DNA of 55,557 nt from Welwitschia mirabilis. Taxonomy: Eukaryota. Below are positions 22,700-35,712 of this stretch, in pieces. Made by a program: the position numbers and the translations under genes. The notes beneath the pieces were generated by a model that was not told the origin of the DNA, did no database searches, and saw only the letters and a list, made by a program, of their open reading frames with translations. The stretch covers positions 46,056,356-46,111,912 of the forward strand of contig JBOZIK010000001.1 in the NCBI GenBank assembly GCA_051453625.1. Reading direction: 5' to 3'. Within the stretch, counting starts at the first letter, position 1, and each line of letters begins with the position of its first letter.

Positions 22700-25600
22700 A
22701 GATAAAACTATTAATACAAAATCAAAGATAGATAGAAAAAGCACAAGAACCTGAAGGATTATATTGGGATGAAAAAGAAGTAGTTGATTTTACTCCTTTG
22801 TGTATAGACTATTAGACATCTCATACACCTAACCCTACAGATGCAATAGTCTTGAAGACCCCTGATAACATAAGAAATATAAATATTACTAATATCCCAA
22901 CTTTTAAAAATAACAAAAATGAAGATCCTACGCTGCATTTGAGTCTTTTCTATTCTTTTTGCAAAGATAACTATTTAGAAATCAATTCTAACTTCTTAAG
23001 TCATTTTTATTTTTCTTTAAAGGGAGATTCCCAATTATGATTTCATATATTTCCAAACTATACATTTAAAACCTGAAACTTTATAAGAAAACTATTCTTA
23101 AACAAATATTAACCTTTCATAAGATGTTATCTCAAAAGATCCATTATGATCTAGTGCCTATGAAGGTCTAATATTCTTATAATGTCTTATCTACATAATT
23201 ATATAAAAAGTTTAACACCACATAAGTAGTGGTGAATCTCTTAGCCATGACTATCCTTCATAGTCTAATGCAAGCATAGAAAGTAAGAATGAAAATGATC
23301 AAGAACCATTAAGCAAGATGACTATAACTAAGATTTAAGTTTTTGTTATTTATAAAAATCATCCATTTGTGAGCTATATAAAAAGTTAACACTTTTAATA
23401 AGTAAGAATAAAAAATATTAAGAATTAGAACTTTAATAATAAAAACATCAATAACAGAAATAGTTTTATGAAATCAAAACATCTTTCAAAATTCTCAAGT
23501 CATTAAAGATTTAAGGGTTCAAATTTTGAATGTTAAATAAAAAGAGCATGAGAAATTTGATGAGTTCATGGATCAGTATTGGATTTTATTAGCAAGATGT
23601 TCAAACCATGGAATAAACATGAGAGAATGGATGAGAGCCTTGTTAGGAGGTCTTCAAAGTGATTCTTTAGAGAAATTAGATATTCTTCATGGGAATAGCA
23701 TCAAGAATGGTAGCACTTAAGAAATCAAAACTAGTGTAGGCAAATTATATAAGATGAGTCAAAGATGATCTCAGAATGAGGAGAAAGAAAAAAGAAAGGT
23801 TAATGAAGTTATAATAGCAAAGGACATAGAAACTAAGTATGCTGGTATATTAGTAGAAACTAATAAAAGGATAGAGGCTCTAACATGTGAGATTAATAGA
23901 TTAAAACAAGAAGAAGAAGTAGAAACCTAAGGATATTATAATAAGGAGAATCACTATCCCACAAAATGTCCATGAATGATAGGCTTTGTGGAGTGGTTAG
24001 ATATTAATAGAATTAATTATAATCCTAATAATAATACTCCTCAAATCAAAAAGAAGTCATATCCTAATTAGACTAGGAAGTGAAAAGGTAAGAAAGAAAC
24101 ACCAATGCAAATATTATGTAATCAAAGAGGTATGATTACTTTAAAAATTGGAAAAATAGAGAAGGAGCATCTAGTTACCAATAACAATTAGATAAAGGGG
24201 AAAAAACTTAAAGAACCTTCCATACCTATACAACTCCAACCGAATCCAAGAGAAGATGGTTGTAAAGCTATTCAAACTAGATCAGGAAGAAGCCATCCTT
24301 CACCCCTAGAAAAGAGAAAGAAATCAAGGAAAATGAAAGTACGGTAAAAAATAGTTCCATAAAAAGAGAAATAAATGGTCCTTTACCACTTTAAATGAGG
24401 AGTAAGATAATAGAAAATGTTGTCAAAAAGGGAGGAAAAGATGTAGAATACCTCATTAGAGCTTTGGAAGACACCTCAGTTAGTTTACCCTTAGTAAAAA
24501 TGTTAAAAGACATCCCCTCATACTAGAAGCAAATGAATAAGCTCTGTAGTAAAAAGGAGAGTAAGAAAAAGAAAGAGAAACTAATGAAGAAAATTGACAA
24601 AAGAGATAAATAAAAGAGTTCAGATATCTTGGGCCTCTACTCAAGCTTTTTAAGGAAATGAAATTGAGAAATACAATGATCTTAGAATACCAATTGTAAA
24701 TATAATTGTTGAAGGTGCTTGTAAAATAGAAGCTTTGGTAGATTTAGGGGTAAGTATTAATCTCATTTCTCATGACATATTTGATCAACTTGAAAGCCCT
24801 CAGTTAACTCAATATAATGGACAATTTACATGGTAAATGATTCTAAAGTAAAGCCAAAGGAAATAATGGAAAATACTCCCATAAAACTACAAGGGTTTGG
24901 ATACGTGGTGGATTTAGTAATTATGAAGACAAAAGGTAATACTCATCCTATCATACTAGGGAAACCTTGAATGGTAACTACCATTGCCACTTTACTTTAG
25001 GAAGGGAGTAATGGATATTAGTCTACAGGATCTAGTGTAGCAAATCAAAATATCTGATGAGGCAGAAATTGAACATTCCTCTACTAACAAAGGAGATAGT
25101 GCTAATATGATTCTCATAAAGGAGGCTTAATAATTATTAGTAAAACTAGAGGTCAAAAGAAGGGATTATTCCTTGACTATTAAACTAACAAAAAAAGAAG
25201 AGGAGCTTGAGCAACCCCCTCTTGAAGAAGGTTTGAAATATATTGAAATTTAGAAAAATAAACCTCTAATTATTAATAGAAATTTAAATTCTTTCCAAAA
25301 AAGGAAATTAAAAAGATGTTAGCTAAACAAACTAATGTTTTTTCTTAGACTCATGAAGATATTTTGGGGGTAGAACCTGTGACCTACTAGCATAAAATCT
25401 ATCTAGATATCACAATGAAGACTATGAGGTAACCAGATAGGAGGTCCAATCCTCATATGTAAGATGTAATTAAAAAGAAAATTTTAAGGTTGTTAAAAGT
25501 AGGATTCATCTTCCTTATTTCTAATTCAGAATGGGTAAGTCTAGTAAGAATAGTTTCCAAGAAATATAATAAAATGGAGAGTGTGCATAGATTTTAAGCT

Positions 25601-28480
25601 ACTGGATACTGCTACCTATAAGGACCATTTTTCTTTGCCCTTCGTGAATTAATTTTTAAAAAGAATTTCTAGTCATAAGCACTACATTTTTTTGGATGAG
25701 TGTAGTGGATACAACCAAATTCCAATAGCTATAAAAAACCAAGCAAAAACAACTTCTACTTATAAATGAGGTACCTATGCCTTTAAAGTTTTACCTTTTG
25801 GGTTGTGTAAAATCAGTGGAAGCTTTTATGAATGACTTCGCAACTTTTGGAAATGATTTTGAGAAAGCCTTGAGAATACTAAAGGCAATATTAACTCAAT
25901 GTAAGGAAAAGAATTTGAAATTGAGCTAGTCTAAAAGACATCTTATGGTGGCTGAAGGAATTGTTCTAAGCCACAAAATATTAGTAAAATAAATTAAAAC
26001 TTATGACCAAAAAATCAATGTTATCAATAAATTCCCCCATAAACTAAGCTAAAAGAACTGAGATCATTCTTAGTTCATCTAAGTACTATAGAAGATTTAT
26101 TGCTAATTTTAGTAAAATTGCTAAACCATTAAGAAATCTTGTACAAAAGGATGTACCCTATGAATGGATCTAAGAATGCCAAAAAACTTTTCAAATTCAT
26201 AAAGATAAGTTAGTGAAGACCCCTATTTACAAAATCTATATTGGGATAAAACCTTTCACATTATGACTGATGCTTTGCAATATGCTATTGATGTTGTTTT
26301 GGGATGAAAGCATGATCATTGTAAATCTTATGCCATTACTTATCTAAGGATATTCTAGCTATAGTAGTAGCCTTAGATACATTTAGGAATTATATCCTTG
26401 ATTACAAAGTAAAGGTTCACATGAATCATAGTTCCATATGGTTTAGCAAATTCTCGAATTATAAGATGGATACTTTTAATGTAGGAATTTGATCTGAAGA
26501 TAGTAAATAAGAAGGAAATAGAGAATGTGATGGTTGATCACCTATTCAGGCTAGAATTCCCTGAAGAGGTTGAACAAATAGACCCTCAAAATGATTTTTT
26601 TGATGATCATTTAGCAAGTTTGGAATAAACACCTTGGTTTGTAGACATTGCTAACTTCTTAGTGAGTAAGAAGATTCCACCTTACTTAAACTATTATGAA
26701 AAGAAGAGGTTGTTAATAAAATATTATACATGGAAGAACAAGATCCTCTTCAAATTTTATAGGGATGGTGTAATTAGGAGGTGTGTTGGAGAGCCTAATC
26801 AGAAGGAATTTTGCAAACTTTTTATGTAGAAGAAAGAAGAAATCATTATGGAGGAAAAAGAATAGCCATAAAAATTTTGAACATAGGATATTATTAGCTT
26901 CTCTATTTAAGGATTCTTTCAATTACATAAAAGGGTATGACAAATGTTAAAGAGAAGGAGCATGGTCTAAGGTGATGAAAAATGCCTTAATAATGGATTC
27001 AAGCCTTAGAACCCTTTGACATCTAGGGGATAGATTTCATTAGACCCATTAATCTAAAGTCCTATGGAAAAGAATATATTTTGATCTGCATGGTTTATTT
27101 AACTAAATGGGATAAATCTAAAATTTTCCCTAACTATTCCATTAAGTTNNNNNNNNNNNNNNNNNNNNNNNNNNNNNNNNNNNNNNNNNNNNNNNNNNNN
27201 NNNNNNNNNNNNNNNNNNNNNNNNNNNNNNNNNNNNNNNNNNNNNNNNGTTGCTAACTTCTTAGTGAGTAAGAAGATGTCACCTTACTTAAAGTATTATA
27301 AGAAGAAGAGACCATTGAAAGAAGTAAAATATTATATATGGGAGAACAAGATCCTCTTCAGATTTTTTAGGGATTATTTCATCAGGAGGTGGGTTGAAGA
27401 GCTTGATTAGAAGGAACTTCTACAAACTTTTCACGAAGAAGAAGGAGGAGATCATTATGGAGGAAAAAGAACAGCCATACAAATTCTAAATGTAGGATAT
27501 TATTTACCTTCTCTATTTAAGGACTATTTTAATTACGTATAAAGGGTGTGACAAGTGTCAAAGAGAGGAAGCATGGTCAAAGGTGATGGAAATTTCCCAA
27601 AAATGGATTTAAGCCTTAGAATCCTTTAATGTCTAAGGGATAGATTTCTTTAGACTCATTAATTCAAAATCATATTAAAAAAAATACATTCTAGTCTATG
27701 TGGATTATTTGACTAGATGGGCTAAAGCTGAGGCTATTCCTAACTATTTCACTAAAGCGGTAGTTAAATTATTGTCTAGGAATATCTTTCATTGGTTTGA
27801 TATGCCTAAGAGTCCTATAATAGATAGAAGAACCCAATTTACTAGTTAAGTTTTTAAAAAGTTTTTGTTTAAGTATGGAGTCCATCATAAACTTTCTTAT
27901 GCTTACCACCCCAAATCCAATGGTTAAGCTGAGGTCACAAATAGGAAGTTGAACCAGATTTTAACTATAATAGTGAACACTAAAATTACAAATTGGGCAT
28001 ATAAACTTACTAAAGCATTATGGGTTGGGTTTCACATCTCATGAATTAATCAATGGTAAAAAGGTAACCTTACCTATTGAGTTAAGACTAACATCCTATA
28101 AATTGGCTAAATAATTAGATCATAATCTAGATAAATCTCAAAAAATGGATCTAAAACATGAATAAATCAGATGAAGATAGAAGATAAGCCCTAATAAGAA
28201 AGGAATTGATCCAAATATAATTAAAAGAGTGGCATGAACATAATGTTTATAAAACTAATTTTAAAATTGGAGATAAAATCTTAGTTTTTAGTCCTAAATA
28301 TATATCTTCTAAAAAAGTATACTAAAAAATGGATTGAACCATACACTTTAATGAAAATTTACCTGATGGAGCAGTGAAAGTGTTTAATGAAGAAACTAGG
28401 AACACATATCAAATCAATGATTATAGAATCAAAACTTATACAAAAATAATTTCACTCTTAGAAGAGATGAAATAAACTTA
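22700..28480 (+). pseudogene. gag-pol: Gypsy gag-pol of the large element, disrupted
   Basis: Gag IPTFKN..NEDPTLHL and AIQTRSG (~24270); protease KIEALVDLGVSINL (~24723); RT WRVCIDF...KDHFSLPF, FLDECSGYNQI, VEAFMNDF (~25575-25840); RNase H FHIMTDA.QYAI.VVLG (~26254); integrase HYGGKRTA, CDKCQR, AYHPKSNG (~27450-27925). Confidence 0.92.
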
Positions 28481-28799
28481 TAGGATGGAAAAGATTCTAT
28501 CCATATATTTTCCTCCATAGTCCTATAGTATTTTGATAAAAATAAAAATATAAAATTATAATAATAATAATAAAAAAATAAATTAAAGGCTAAAAGGTTT
28601 TACTTTTAAGAAAGAAAAAGGGATTTTTTCAAATTAGAAGAATTTTTGCTTGGTAGGTAAAAGTACTTCTTATAGGAATCAGTAAGACTTTAAGAAGGAA
28701 GAAGTTATAAATGGTAAGAATGACTAGATTATAAAAGAAAATAAAGGTATTTTTACAATCATTTATGTTATCATTGGGAAAAAAAGAAAGAGCAATGTC

Positions 28800-30324
28800 C
28801 TACCATAAGTACACCAGGTTAAATATTCCTAAGAGGGACCTATAGTAGTGTAATAAGGTAGCTATGAGAACTTCACCAAGGGATCAGTTCGCCATGATCG
28901 AGTTTACAAATCTATGGTTCCTTATTCTTATAACAGTGGTTGTACTCTCCTCATTGCAAAAATCTTTCTTAAAATAAAGGCCCTTTGGCTTCACATTATA
29001 AAGAAGACAATCACTCTCTAGGAGTTATTTGAGGAGTGATTAGTCCCCAATATTTTCTTCAAACTAAGTAAACCTCAAAAGGAAAAATAAATGTTGCACA
29101 GGATACCATTATTTTGTTTCAATGTTTAGATAATTTACATCAATGTATCTTTATTCTACTTATCTTGAAGTAATAAATTTTTTCAAAGATAAAAGGACTT
29201 GGCATTTAAGGAATTTTTATAATTTGGTATAACAAAAATTAGTACTAGAATAAAAGAAGATAAATCTCATCATATAAAAAAAAACAAAACCTTTATTTCA
29301 TAATGCAGATAATGATAATTCTTATATCTTATCTTTCAAATAAAAGAGTCTTAATTAGGAAATATATTTATTCTAAAAAGTAGGTAAAGCATTAAACAGT
29401 AACCAAAGAATTGGAGTCAACTAAACTTGATCTTATAAATAAGAAAAATCACCCCCTATACTTGTTTTTTCTTCTAGAACTCCTCTGACTAGAAGTTTTT
29501 ATGGGAGGAAGAAAATGTAAGTGATGTAAGGAGTTAACAAGGATCTTAATCTCAGCACCATGGGCATCTCAACAATTTTGAAAAGTAGAGTCATCCCAGG
29601 GTCCATACCTTTTTAGGTAATCCTAGTAAAAAAAAAAAGGGTATATAAGCTTAGTACTGAATTATTACCTTTAATCTACCATACTTAACACTTTATCTCA
29701 TAAATCTTACCTGTAAACTACCATAAAGATGTATCATACATATTGGACTCGTTAGATAGGCTATAAATCAGCTTAGTAGCCTAGTTTCTGAAATACTTAA
29801 TACATAGCTAATGAACCATAGGGCCAAAACAAGGTGGAATCCTTCCATGACTGAATCGATTCCTTTCATTCTCTTGAAGGATGCCATCTAAGGTACTAAG
29901 TACCTCAGCAGTTGTGTTATAAAAAGAAAGGTCAGGAGTGTAATGCTTTAGACATAGATTTAAGGGAAAGCCTCATAATATTTGAGAGGAACCTAAGCTA
30001 AAAAGGTAGAACTTAAACTTATTTAATAGAGGAGGAGTAGCAGGATGCATGGATAAGTTATTGGATTTGGAAGGCATTCTTAATCTGAAGTGTCAATAGA
30101 AATTGATTTAATTTGATAAATGTGATTGTGAGCAATTGTTTAATGCATTTTAGTATACTTATAATAAGAAAACTATCAGTAAAAAGACTCATTCATAATT
30201 TTAAATATAGTAAGACTCAGATACATCTAATTTGTTGATTTTTTTGAGCTACTAGAGGAGATTTATTTGATTCAGAAAATCTTGGATCTAACTCTACTTC
30301 TTCTAACTAAACTATAAATTCCAT
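28800..30324 (-). pseudogene. Candidate antisense ORF remnant 3' of pol, weakly plant-mobile-domain-like
   Basis: Minus-strand frame pieces MEFIV*LEEVELDPRFSESNKSPLVAQ, EGFHLVLALWFISYVL and SPICMIHLYGSLQ. Resemblance judged by eye only. Confidence 0.3.
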
Positions 30325-30469
30325 AATAATTTCAACTATTTCTAGCTAGCTTCATAAATTTAAAGGATCCTCTTCAAGTAACCTTCATTACTTGAAGACC
30401 CCCCTTAAATCCTTGCAGAAGCAAAAGATTAATTTTTTGAATGACATGCCAAAAAGGTATGTATTATTT

Positions 30470-32758
30470 GTTAAAGACCCCTTTGACAAATGGCCAAGAC
30501 CCTTTCACAATGTCTTAAAAATTGCTTTAAATTTTAGCTTTTTTATTTTTCCCTACCTGCTCTTAGCGTGAGCTCGAAGACTTCCTTTAAGTAACCTTTA
30601 TCACTCAGAAACCTCCTTCGAGTTCTACCTCGAGCGTAGAATGAATTAGTTCAATAATGAGATGGCTTCATCTTTCTTCTAATTTATCACCACTATTGAG
30701 ACCACTTAGAAATCTTTAAAGCTTCTTTTCATACAACAATCTAATTTGACATGTGTTANNNNNNNNNNNNNNNNNNNNNNNNNNNNNNNNNNNNNNNNNN
30801 NNNNNNNNNNNNNNNNNNNNNNNNNNNNNNNNNNNNNNNNNNNNNNNNNNNNNNNNNNNNNNNNNNNNNNNNNNNNNNNNNNNNNNNNNNNNNNNNNNNN
30901 NNNNNNNNNNNNNNNNNNNNNNNNNNNNNNNNNNNNNNNNNNNNNNNNNNNNNNNNNNNNNNNNNNNNNNNNNNNNNNNNNNNNNNNNNNNNNNNNNNNN
31001 NNNNNNNNNNNNNNNNNNNNNNNNNNNNNNNNNNNNNNNNNNNNNNNNNNNNNNNNNNNNNNNNNNNNNNNNNNNNNNNNNNNNNNNNNNNNNNNNNNNN
31101 NNNNNNNNNNNNNNNNNNNNNNNNNNNNNNNNNNNNNNNNNNNNNNNNNNNNNNNNNNNNNNNNNNNNNNNNNNNNNNNNNNNNNNNNNNNNNNNNNNNN
31201 NNNNNNNNNNNNNNNNNNNNNNNNNNNNNNNNNNNNNNNNNNNNNNNNNNNNNNNNNNNNNNNNNNNNNNNNNNNNNNNNNNNNNNNNNNNNNNNNNNNN
31301 NNNNNNNNNNNNNNNNNNNNNNNNNNNNNNNNNNNNNNNNNNNNNNNNNNNNNNNNNNNNNNNNNNNNNNNNNNNNNNNNNNNNNNNNNNNNNNNNNNNN
31401 NNNNNNNNNNNNNNNTATTGAGACCACTTAGAAATCTTTAAAGCTTCTTTTCATACAACAATCTAATTTGACATGTGTTAGGCATGTAATTGAAAATATC
31501 CTTTGAGAAAAAGATCCCCCCTCCCCCTTTGATTTTGATATCTATAAATAATAGTTGGGGATGCATTAATGGTCATATCAGATTCTTTAAAAGAATTTCA
31601 TTAATGACTCCTTAAAAGACTCTTTTGATTAATTCTTGGTAAATCAAAAACCCTTTTTGAGCTTAGTTTTTATCAAAAAGATCTTTTGAAAAGGAAATTT
31701 AAACTTGAAGAACCCATTCATTGCTTGAAGAGCCCATTTAAAAAAGTAATTTCCACTCAAATATAAAAAGAAATTTATGAGATTAATGAAGAAGTAGATC
31801 AAAAATAGAATCTTATGAGACTAAATTTTACTAGTAGGAGAAAAGAATCCATGGGCTAAAAGGGAGATAGTAGTAGCAAAAAATGGGCTAATTTTCAGAA
31901 GAAGTCCTCTTGTGAAGGATTTCTTATTTAGTGCTTTCCAAAGCGTGTATAGAAAATGTAAAATTAAGAAAATATAATTTATTTTTACAAGCTAAGAGAA
32001 CTATGATCACATTTATGTGATTAACATTTTAAAGGTGCTAATTTTGGGAAAACTAGGATATACAAATCTACATAGCTTCTACTCTACTAAATGGCTTCAT
32101 TAGTTCAAAGGACTCCTTTGAGTTAATAATAATGACTACTTGAAGGATCCATTCAAGAAACTTTGTTGCTCAAAGACCCCTTTCAAGAATGTAATTATGT
32201 GTTAAAAGACTCCTTTAAATAGTGGAAAACCCCTTTCAATCCATGACAGAAGAAAAGACAAAAATGAACTTTTATAGTGAATTTTGTCATTACCTTCCTT
32301 TGATGACCTCGATCGCCCCTTTATTAGAGACTTTGGTGAAACCTCTTTTGTTGCTTCTTTCATAGGGAAAATGTTATTTTTCACTAAACCATTTGTCTAA
32401 TAATGTTTCTTTATATAATTAAAAGGATTTAATGTTTTAATTACATTTCATTTTCTTTGCAAAATGCTAGGTGGGCACTTGGAGTTTAACAATACTTCTT
32501 ATATGAGTAATTCATACAAGAAAGAGATTAAAATTTAAAGCTAAGTTGTAAAATGTTTTTTTCAAGAGTTAAAATTATTCTAAGTTCAAAATTTTCAAAA
32601 ACTTCTTAAAGACCCTAGTTTTGCTAGACTTAAGTAATGGTTAATCAAACTTAGCTGGTGGAACTGGTTAATGTTTTTAGAAAAGTATAGTAACAAAGAA
32701 GTTTATTCTTTCTACCTAAATTTGAAATTTAAAAAAAAAAAAAAAAACCCTGTTGCTT
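30470..32758 (+). repeat. Copy 1 of a ~1.6 kb direct duplication (span includes a 657-N gap)
   Basis: Collinear with 33758-35437, e.g. CTAATTTGACATGTGTT, ATTAACATTTTAAAGGTGCTAATTTTG and TGAGTAATTCATACAAGAAAGAGATTAAA. Confidence 0.88.
30759..31415. other. Assembly gap (657 N); other gaps at 3649, 5238, 6473, 7923, 27149, 32759 and 39619
   Basis: Runs of N. Confidence 0.99.
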
Positions 32759-32858
32759 NNNNNNNNNNNNNNNNNNNNNNNNNNNNNNNNNNNNNNNNNN
32801 NNNNNNNNNNNNNNNNNNNNNNNNNNNNNNNNNNNNNNNNNNNNNNNNNNNNNNNNNN

Positions 32859-33757
32859 TAAGGAGACTATCACTAATTGAGACTAACTTACGCTATCAAG
32901 TAAGTCAAATAAAGTGTGGTGTAAAATGGTTCTAAACTATTATTATGAACCTTAATGAAGGTTTTTCTTAAGATCTATATCATAAATGAGATTGTCACTA
33001 AATCAAGAATAACATAATTATAATAGATTCTAATAATATAAATGCATAAAATAAATAGGGGTTTTATTGATATCAAACCAACATCTAAATTACAAAATAG
33101 CCATATTTTAACGGAGGATGCATAGCCCAACACCAAGGGAACATATTGTTGCAATTCACAAGATGAATCTCTCACCCTTTGATCTCTTGTCATGAGAATG
33201 TTTGATACAAATTAAGATGATAGAAAGATTAAGAAAAGGTGGTTTATTTATATAACATAGAAGGTAAAATCGTCACACAAAATGTACTAAAAAACATGCT
33301 CAAACCCAAGAAAGAAATAGATGAAAGGGATGAAAGTCGGCTAGCCATTTCAAGTATCATCCTGACTATCATGGGAATGACCAAGGGGATAATGCTATAA
33401 GCCCTATGATTTGTCAGGGGACAATGATACAAGCCCTATGATTTGTCATTCATTGGTTCTCTCTCTAGTCCACATTAGCATCCCATTGGCAGGGTTGTCA
33501 TTCTACTTGTCATGGGGATGATAGTTCTCTTTATCTTTTCAACTCAATAGAATTTAGCCTCTAGCATTATTAATCTTCTTCCAAAGAATTTATCATTAGA
33601 ATAGGCCTAGAATTCCTTTAAAAATGTTAAGAATTGCATATTTCTGTGATCATTCATCAACTCTTCATAATTATCAGATTTAAATCTAAACCTATTTAAA
33701 TGTCTTGAAAATAGCTTATAACACCTTATAAAATACATAAAATTTGGTAGTGCATTA
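32859..33757 (-). mobile_element. Probable LTR fragment of another gypsy element, cut by a gap
   Basis: Not homologous to the flanking duplicates. Ends AAATTTGGTAGTGCATTA (minus strand TAATGCACTACC, a likely decayed TGATG start) exactly where copy 2 homology begins. Internal repeat AAGCCCTATGATTTGTCA x2. Confidence 0.45.
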
Positions 33758-35437
33758 AAGATTCCTTTGATAATGGCTAAACCCTTTTGATAATGTTTTA
33801 AAAAACCCTTAGAATCTTAGCTTCTTTGCTTTACCCTACCTACTCTCAGCATGATCTTGAAGACCCCTTTCGAGTGATCTTCATTTCTCAAAGACTGCCT
33901 TTGAGCTTTGCCTTAAGCATAGCATGAATCAATTTAATAATTAAGGTGGCTTCATATTTATCCTAATTTATTTTCACTTCTAAGACCCTTTTGAGGCCTG
34001 TAAAGCTTCCTTTCATATGACAACCTAATTTGACATGTGTTGAGTGTGTAATCAAAGACCCATTTAGAAAGATTTGTCCTCCTTTGATTTTAGCATCCAT
34101 TAACAAGATTCAGGGGTGCATTAATGCTTATACTGGATTCTTAAAAAGAATTTCATCAATAACTCCTTAAAAAACACTTTATAACTCTTAGTTAATTAAA
34201 AACCCCATTTGAGCTCAGTCTTTGTCAAAAAGCTCTTTTGAAAAGGTAATTCAAATGTAAAAGAATCCTTTGAAGACCTCCTTAAAGGAAGTAATTACTA
34301 CTCAAATATAGAGAAAAAATTGTAATATTAATAAATAATTAGATTTAAAAAAAAGACCTTGTGATATTGAATTTTACTAATAGAAGAAAAGCATTCATGG
34401 AACAAAATGAAAATAGTAGTAGTAAAAGACGAGTTAGATTTTCAAAAGGGTTGCCAATGATTTCTTGTTTAGTGCCTTATGAAATATGTATAGAAAACAC
34501 AAAATTCATAGAATATAATGTATTTTTGAAAAATAGAAGAACTATGATCACATTCATATGATTAACATTTTAAAGGTGCTAATTTTGAACAAATCAGGAC
34601 ATGCAAATCTACACAGCTTCTACTCTACTAAATGGATTCATAAGTTCATAGGATCCCTTCAAGCTAAAAATAATAACAATTCAAAGAACCCCTTTAAGCA
34701 ATCTTTGTTACTTGAAGACCCTCTTTAAGAATGTAATTATTTATTAAAGGATTCCTTCAAATAATCAAAGACCCCCTTTGAGCCCTGACAGAAGAAAGAA
34801 AAAAATGGACTTTTATAGAGAATTTTGTTGACACCCCCAATTGATGACCTTAATCATTCCTTTATCAGAGACTTTGATGAGTCAAGCTTTGAAACATCCT
34901 AAAGAGCTACAAAATTCTATAGATAAAGCATCACGATAGGTAAATTATTTATTCCCAATTTGTTTTTAGTGCACAATTTGCTTTGTTGTCTTCTAGTGGT
35001 TGTAAAAACATCATAAAAACCTCTTTTATTGTTTCTTTCATAGGTAAAATATTGTTTTCAATTAAACCATTTATCTAATAATGTTTTTCTATATAATTAA
35101 AAGGATTTAGTTCTTTAATCATATTTTATTTTCTCCAAAAAAATTCTAGGTGGGTACTTAGAGTTTAATAATGCTTATTGCATGAGTAATTCATACAAGA
35201 AAGAGATTAAACTCCAAAGTTAAATCGTAAAATATGTTTTGTAGAAGTTGAAAATATTCCCAATCTAAAATTTGAAAAACTTCTTAAAGACCTAATTTCA
35301 CTAGACTTAAGTAATGGATAATCAAACTCAGATGGTGTAACTTATTAACTTCTTTTAGAAAAGTATAGTAACAAATAAGTTTATTCTTTCTACCTAAATT
35401 TGAAATTTAAAAAAAAAAAAAAAAACCCTGTTGCTTA
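33758..35437 (+). repeat. Copy 2 of the ~1.6 kb direct duplication
   Basis: Collinear with copy 1, with an extra ~140 bp at ~34880-35018. Confidence 0.88.
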
Positions 35438-35712
35438 ACTTTTAAGGTCTAAGGGTACTCCAATTTCCAGAAAAGGTAAATAATCAAAAGGGAAGCGACC
35501 TAAGATAGCTCAATTAGACTAATAAAATATAAATTTAGATGATCTAATCTTTTTAAAGAATAAATTAAAGCAATGAAGTAGTTGGAGGAATTAATAAAGT
35601 TACAGGCTTAATCAAGGTCAAATAGTATCAAAAAGAAAAATACTAAGTATCATAAAAAATTATATAAATTATATTATTAAGGGATTAATAATTATTTGAG
35701 TGTGAAGGGAAC

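Noticed and set aside
30694..31480. Perfect 65 bp repeat and four 220+ aa ORFs
   Set aside because: The ORFs are translations of N, and the repeat flanks the gap exactly, so it is most likely an assembly overlap.
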